A stretch of 12,138 bases of DNA from a bacterium (GTDB lineage Bacteria > RBG-13-61-14 > DATKZS01): positions 1 through 12,138 of the forward strand of contig JAWOBU010000121.1 of assembly GCA_046484135.1 (NCBI GenBank), in the 5' to 3' direction. Below the pieces are notes generated by a model. The model was not told the DNA's origin. It saw only the letters and a program-made list of their open reading frames with translations, and did no database searches. The translations under genes were made by a program, and so were the position numbers. The first letter of the stretch is position 1. Each line of letters starts with the position of its first letter. Of this stretch, positions 7,599 to 12,138 are shown piece by piece.

Positions 7599-9188
7599 AT
7601 GGCTCCCCGGGTGCTTCTGACATCGGTTTTCAAGCCTTTTGCAGTGGACGACATGTACAGCAGGCGCAAGTCTATCCACGAGCTTTGTCACAACCAGTTG
7701 ACCAGGGCGCAGGGAGTTTTCTCGCCGAGAACCTACCACAACACCTACGGCATCCACGCCATCGCCAACAATATCGAGACCCCGACCACGGTGCTCGACT
7801 TCCCCACCCTGAAACGTTTTACCAAGGAGCTTGAAAAGGGCTACGACGTGATCGGGATCTCGGCTATTATCCCCAACTTCCAGAAGGCCAAGAAGATGGT
7901 GGAGCAAGCGCGGGAAATCTCTCCCCGCTCGACCGTCGTCATTGGCGGCTTCTGCGCAAGCGTACCCCAGATAGACAAGTTGATGGAAGTGGACCACATC
8001 TGCGTGGGCGACGGCATAAGCTTCATGCGGGAGCTGATGGGTCTTTCCCCCGAGTTCGAGTTCAAAAACCCGGATGTCTATGCTGACAGCCGGGAGCTCT
8101 TCGGGGTCCCCCTCTTCGGGGTGTCGCAAAACCCCCATATTGTGGTCGGCCTGGGCTGTTCTTACGGGTGTGACTTCTGCTGCGTCACCCACTTTTTTGG
8201 CCGAAAGCACATCCGGTTTTACAAGCACGGCAGGCCACTGTTCGAGGAGATGGTACGGGTAAAGGAGCGGTTTCGGACCAACAGCATCGTCTTTATCGGC
8301 GACGATAACTTCCTGATTGACCTCAAGCGGGCGGAAGAACTCCGCCAGTGCGTAGTTGAAAGCGGCATGATGTTCAGGAGCTTCATCTTTGCCAGCGCGG
8401 ACAAGGTGGAGAAGTTCGGCCCGGAAAAGCTGGCCGAGATGGGCGTGGACACGGTCTGGATAGGAAGGGAAAGCAACCTGGAAAACTACCGCAAGAACGA
8501 GGGCATTAACATCCCCGCCATGGTGGACGAGCTCAAGGATTACGGCATCAAGACCATTTTGTCCTCCATCCTTTTGCTCGACTGCCACACCAAAGACAAC
8601 ATCACGGATGACATCAACGACCACCTGTCGGCAAACCCGGCCTTGAGCCAGTTCTCCCATTACTCCCCTGCGCCGGGCACGGTTCTATACGACCGTCTCT
8701 GGGAGGAGAACCGGATACTTGCCCAAATCCCTTACGAGGAGTGGCATGCCTTCCACCAGCCGTGGTTCATCCATCCCGAGTTCACCCTTCAGGAGGCAGA
8801 GAAGGTCCAGGATCTGGCCTATGAGCGCGACTTTCTTGAGTTGGGTCCTTCCATCATGCGTTTTGCCGAGGTGGAACTGCGTGGCTGGGAAAGAATGAAG
8901 GACTCGCCAAAGCCCCATCTCCGGAAGCGGGCGGAGTTCTTTGCCCGAAGCATGTGGCAGTACCGTATCATTTGCCTGGCCACCATGCACCTGGCACCCA
9001 ACCAGCACGTGCGGGAGCTGGCCGGCGATATCCTCGGCCGGATCGAAACTCACTTTGGCAAAGCCAGCGGGTTTGAAAGAGCGACGGCCCGGGGGCTCCA
9101 GGTCACCGGAAGGCTAAGGCAGTGGCGGACCCGGCACTTTGGGGACGCCCTCCAGCCGCATACCCGCCTGGTAAAGTATAACTGCTGA
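7599..9188 (+). CDS. Cobalamin-binding-domain radical SAM protein
   Basis: Strong SD GAGGAGG precedes ATG 7599 (529 aa). B12-binding Rossmann segment YDVIGISAII...TVVIGG...DHICVGDG; CxxxCxxC as CSYGCDFC (8157-8180); FIGDDNF, WIGRES, PAPGTVLY. Confidence 0.88.
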   Translation: MAPRVLLTSVFKPFAVDDMYSRRKSIHELCHNQLTRAQGVFSPRTYHNTYGIHAIANNIETPTTVLDFPTLKRFTKELEKGYDVIGISAIIPNFQKAKKMVEQAREISPRSTVVIGGFCASVPQIDKLMEVDHICVGDGISFMRELMGLSPEFEFKNPDVYADSRELFGVPLFGVSQNPHIVVGLGCSYGCDFCCVTHFFGRKHIRFYKHGRPLFEEMVRVKERFRTNSIVFIGDDNFLIDLKRAEELRQCVVESGMMFRSFIFASADKVEKFGPEKLAEMGVDTVWIGRESNLENYRKNEGINIPAMVDELKDYGIKTILSSILLLDCHTKDNITDDINDHLSANPALSQFSHYSPAPGTVLYDRLWEENRILAQIPYEEWHAFHQPWFIHPEFTLQEAEKVQDLAYERDFLELGPSIMRFAEVELRGWERMKDSPKPHLRKRAEFFARSMWQYRIICLATMHLAPNQHVRELAGDILGRIETHFGKASGFERATARGLQVTGRLRQWRTRHFGDALQPHTRLVKYNC

Positions 9189-9235
9189 GCCGGGCCCTAG
9201 CCAGGAATAATGAACACCGATTTTCACAGCGACCT

Positions 9236-9484
9236 TAATGCTTTAACCCATAAGTTCGGTGACGTATTCCTGTCCCCCCATTATGCAGCACGTTTGTCTT
9301 TCGGGGAATTTTTATCCGAGACCTTCGAGAGGAGGGATTTGAGACCCTCACTTGCGAACTTCTTTCTTTGAACCACCGAGAAGTAGGTCTCGATTTGGTT
9401 TAACCAACTGGCGTGAAAAGGAGTATGAACCTGGATTGCATGAGGATACCACTCGGACAATCGTTTGGCGGATTTCTGTCCCCT
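9236..9484 (-). mobile_element. IS630-family remnant: transposase C-terminal fragment with internal deletion plus right end
   Basis: Minus strand 9484-9281 reads RGQKSAKRLSEWYPHAIQVHTPFHASWLNQIETYFSVVQRKKFASEGLKSLLSKVSDKNSPKDKRAA*. HTPxHASWLNQIE is the IS630 DDE third-acid motif. There is no start codon. Downstream AATACGTCACCGAACTTATGGGTTAAAGCATTA ends in TA like an IS630 terminus. Confidence 0.82.
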
Positions 9485-10046
9485 AACTCATTCCCAGCCG
9501 GGTATGACCCGGCGGGTGGTTCAGAAAGTCCCCCTGGTTCTCGATGTCGTAAAGGTCCTTTTTGTCGAGGTAGCTGGAAGGATTGTCCATCACGTCTGCC
9601 ACGATGCTGACCAGGAAGTTGGGGTCGGTGGAGGTCGTCCGGACCATGCCGGGCAGGCCCGGCTTCTCCGGGTCCTGCTGATAATGGGCGATCCTGCGGA
9701 TGTGCTCGTTGGCATCGTCAAGGTCAATGCCGGTAACCCGGGCCAGGAAAGAGTTGAAGGATATGATGAAAACGGTGGGAAAACGGAGCCGTCTTATCTC
9801 TCGGGCGGCGGAAAAGATGTTGCTCTCGGCCGCGTCCTTTTCGTCTTTCATCCGGGCGGCGATGATTACGTTATAAAACGCCCCGCTTCGGCTGACCTCC
9901 AGCAGTCGCTGGTAGGAAAGATGGTGAAAAAAAGCGTCCGGAACAAGATTGGAGCAGGACTCCACCGTCTTCTTGAAGTCGGTGAGGTAACGACGCGGTT
10001 TGTCCTGGTGGGGAGGAATGACCCCGATATGGTGCTTGTTCGCCAT
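9483..10046 (-). CDS. Hypothetical protein, possibly a degenerate receiver-like (CheY-type) fold
   Basis: GGAGG SD precedes ATG 10046 (187 aa) and the gene has its own promoter. Alternating beta/alpha pattern: HIGVI / AFFHHL / YNVIIAARM / IFSAAREIRRL / PTVFIISF. Confidence 0.7.
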   Translation of the reverse strand: MANKHHIGVIPPHQDKPRRYLTDFKKTVESCSNLVPDAFFHHLSYQRLLEVSRSGAFYNVIIAARMKDEKDAAESNIFSAAREIRRLRFPTVFIISFNSFLARVTGIDLDDANEHIRRIAHYQQDPEKPGLPGMVRTTSTDPNFLVSIVADVMDNPSSYLDKKDLYDIENQGDFLNHPPGHTRLGMS

Positions 10047-10077
10047 CTTCGCCTCCAAAGCTCGCCAAGCTCTATCT

Positions 10078-10106
10078 ATGATATGTTTTTACAGGAGCTT
10101 TGGCAA
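10078..10106 (-). promoter_or_regulatory. Sigma70-type promoter for the 187-aa ORF
   Basis: Minus strand TTGCCA (10106-10101), 17 nt, TATCAT (10083-10078). Confidence 0.6.
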
Positions 10107-10267
10107 GAGAAAATCAAATAGAAGTTCCCCCCATTTAATTCCCTGATTCCGGATTCCCTCTTCACATTGCAAGGATAGAGTTTTCACCAACTGAAAAGGG
10201 AGCTCTTCACCCAAATATATGGCTATTTTAAGATAAGCATTAGCGGATCGCTATCGGTAACATGTTC

Positions 10268-10296
10268 TCGACATCCTGAAGAGTGTTTGTTATATT
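10268..10296 (+). promoter_or_regulatory. Candidate sigma70 promoter for mcrB
   Basis: TCGACA 10268-10273, 17-nt spacer ending in TGT (extended -10), TATATT 10291-10296. Confidence 0.5.
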
Positions 10297-10371
10297 GCAA
10301 ATTGTTTCCAGTGGCATTTGGCCTTTTATTATAGTGAATTCCTGGAAAAATCCATCTCGTGGAGGTAGTGT

Positions 10372-12138
10372 ATGAATACTGTGGAAGAAAAATCCATTAA
10401 TCGTCCCTGCTGGTTTGTCGGAGCCGCATTTGGAGGAACAAGGGATCAAACCCAGAGATTTCTTCAGGAAGGAATCTGGGAGAATGGCTTTCGTGACAAA
10501 TTTCTGGATACAGTGAAATCCATTCAAGTGGGCGACCGAATTGCAATTAAATCGTCCTATACGCGAAAACACGGTTTGCCTTTCAATAACCGGGGATTTC
10601 CTGTTTCCGTGATGGCGATCAAAGCCATTGGGACAGTCAAAGAAAACCTGGGAGATGGCCGCACCTTGAAAGTGGACTGGAAACCTGTTGACCCTCCGCG
10701 TGAATGGTACTTCTATACAAATAGAACAACAATATGGAAAGTTATGCCGGGTAACCGTTATTCAGATTCTCTGATAGAGTTCACCTTTGAAGAAAAAGAG
10801 CAAGACATTGACTGGTTTGTAAAAATCTATTTGCCGCCCAACGGACCCAGCGAGCGACGTTTCAAGTGGACGAAATTCTACGAGGCAATTGCAGACAAGC
10901 TTCTTACATTCAAAGACAAACGAGAAGAACTTATCTCCGGTATTCATGCAATCTCCTCCAAAGTAAAAGCCCTCTCGAATCTCCAAGATCACTTTAAGGA
11001 TGGCACTACAGGTCCCCTGAAAGACATTTGTCCGTTTACCGTCATGGGAATGTTCAACAGGGGAATCACAAAAGACAACAAAAAGCTTATCGCCGCTGAA
11101 TTAGCCAACCTTCTGGGAGTGTCCGAGGATGTTCCGGATTCTTTTGAAGGGATACCTGTTTTAAACAATCAGAATTCATGGTTTTTCGGTTTCGAGAATA
11201 AAAGGCAACCAGAGGACATAGACACTTTATGGGAGGTTTTTTCCAGGGCCATAGCGTTTGCTGACGCTGGCGATGAGGAGGCCCGTTCCGCTTTTATTGG
11301 GGCCTATGACAAGGCTGCTCATTGCTATAACACTGGTTGGAACCTCTCCATGGGATTATATTGGATACGTCCCTGGAAGTTTCCGCCCTTGGATTTCCAG
11401 TCTCAAGATTACATCCGTAACAAACTAAAAATTGAGATCGGTCTCAACGGACCGAAGAAACGATGTAGTGGCAATGACTATATAGCTTTGTTGGAAACCC
11501 TTGAAGAACGGTTTCAAGAAGAATCTTTTCCCGTACATTCTTTCCCGGAACTGTCTTACGAGGCTTACGGTGGAGGAGGGGATACACCATCACCTCCTTC
11601 TCCGACAACTTCCGATAATCCTGAATACTCCTTAGCTCAGTGTTCTGCCGAAACCTGCTTTGAAGAGCATCTTCTTGACGTATGGGTCAAAGCGATCAAC
11701 AGAAAAGGCCAGGCAATATTCTATGGCCCGCCGGGCACGGGGAAGACTTTTATTGCTGAAAAGCTGGCCAGGCATTTGGTCGGCGAAGGGGACGGATTTA
11801 TTGAGACCGTCCAGTTCCACCCTGAGTATGCCTACCAGGACTTCATGCAGGGCATAAGACCGAAATCCCGAGAGGACGGGGGCCTGGAGTATCCCATGGA
11901 AAATGGCCGATTCCTGCAATTCTGCGAAAACGCGACGGAACGCGAAGACACCTGTGTTCTCATCATTGATGAGATCAACCGGGCCAACCTTGCAAGGGTC
12001 TTCGGAGAGCTTATGTACCTGCTTGAGTACAGGGACAAGAAGATACCTCTGGCCAGCGGCGATATGTTTTCGATACCTCGCAACGTCAGGATCCTCGGCA
12101 CCATGAACACGGCTGACAGGTCCATCGCCCTGGTTGAT
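10372..12138 (+). CDS. mcrB: McrB-family AAA+ GTPase (type IV modification-dependent restriction), 3'-truncated by window edge
   Basis: Absent from the ORF track because there is no stop in the window. GGAGG 10361-10365 precedes ATG 10372; 589 open codons by manual translation (MNTVEEKSINRPCWFVGA...). Walker A GPPGTGKT 11725-11748, VQFHPEYAYQDFMQG, Walker B IIDEINRAN from 11962, McrB signature MNTADRS 12103-12123. Confidence 0.93.
   Translation, partial: MNTVEEKSINRPCWFVGAAFGGTRDQTQRFLQEGIWENGFRDKFLDTVKSIQVGDRIAIKSSYTRKHGLPFNNRGFPVSVMAIKAIGTVKENLGDGRTLKVDWKPVDPPREWYFYTNRTTIWKVMPGNRYSDSLIEFTFEEKEQDIDWFVKIYLPPNGPSERRFKWTKFYEAIADKLLTFKDKREELISGIHAISSKVKALSNLQDHFKDGTTGPLKDICPFTVMGMFNRGITKDNKKLIAAELANLLGVSEDVPDSFEGIPVLNNQNSWFFGFENKRQPEDIDTLWEVFSRAIAFADAGDEEARSAFIGAYDKAAHCYNTGWNLSMGLYWIRPWKFPPLDFQSQDYIRNKLKIEIGLNGPKKRCSGNDYIALLETLEERFQEESFPVHSFPELSYEAYGGGGDTPSPPSPTTSDNPEYSLAQCSAETCFEEHLLDVWVKAINRKGQAIFYGPPGTGKTFIAEKLARHLVGEGDGFIETVQFHPEYAYQDFMQGIRPKSREDGGLEYPMENGRFLQFCENATEREDTCVLIIDEINRANLARVFGELMYLLEYRDKKIPLASGDMFSIPRNVRILGTMNTADRSIALVD

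Noticed and set aside
7398..8660. Long antisense or overlapping ORFs (7398-8660 -, 4643-5548 -, 5648-6307 -, 2176-2940 +, 6637-7278 +, 9465-10121 +, 10240-10572 - and others)
   Set aside because: They shadow well-supported genes on the opposite strand, as expected from codon bias, and show no recognisable motifs.
4265..9188. Radical SAM enzyme as an anaerobic sulfatase maturase for the sulfatase-like gene
   Set aside because: It is B12-type with no SPASM Cys motif, and the hydrolase has Thr rather than Cys or Ser at the modifiable position.
9183..9206. Radical SAM gene ends TGC-TGA (possible Cys-Sec)
   Set aside because: Only a weak mismatched hairpin follows, with no SECIS-like loop, and TAG comes after three more codons.
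10089..10250. About 53-codon open stretch on the minus strand (…LGEELPFQLVKTL…LLPKLL*)
   Set aside because: No convincing SD or start, it overlaps a promoter, and it has no recognisable motif.
1..12138. CRISPR arrays, tRNA or rRNA genes
   Set aside because: No regularly spaced long repeats, cloverleaf structures or rRNA signatures were seen.

Overview
Window from a GC-rich, probably anaerobic bacterium (sigma70-type promoters, Shine-Dalgarno sites). In order: the 3' part of a W/Mo aldehyde:ferredoxin oxidoreductase (+); a stand-alone FMN-binding glutamate-synthase-family protein (-), divergent from an NrpR-family nitrogen repressor (+), a family characterised in archaea; a sulfatase-like hydrolase with Thr at the nucleophile position and TPRs (+); an acidic lipoprotein (-); a B12-binding radical SAM enzyme (+); an internally deleted IS630 right-end remnant; an orphan receiver-like protein (-); and an McrB-family AAA+ GTPase (+, from 10372 off the window end) that the ORF track missed. 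The most interesting signals are: (i) the nrpR/glutamate-synthase-like divergon, with a perfect sigma70 promoter overlapped by an array of GGNA-N4/6-TNCC boxes resembling archaeal NrpR operators; (ii) an apparently chimeric McrB whose AT-rich recognition module is fused to a more GC-rich AAA+ domain; (iii) an attenuator-like leader before the radical SAM gene. Family calls rest on motif recognition only; no searches were run.
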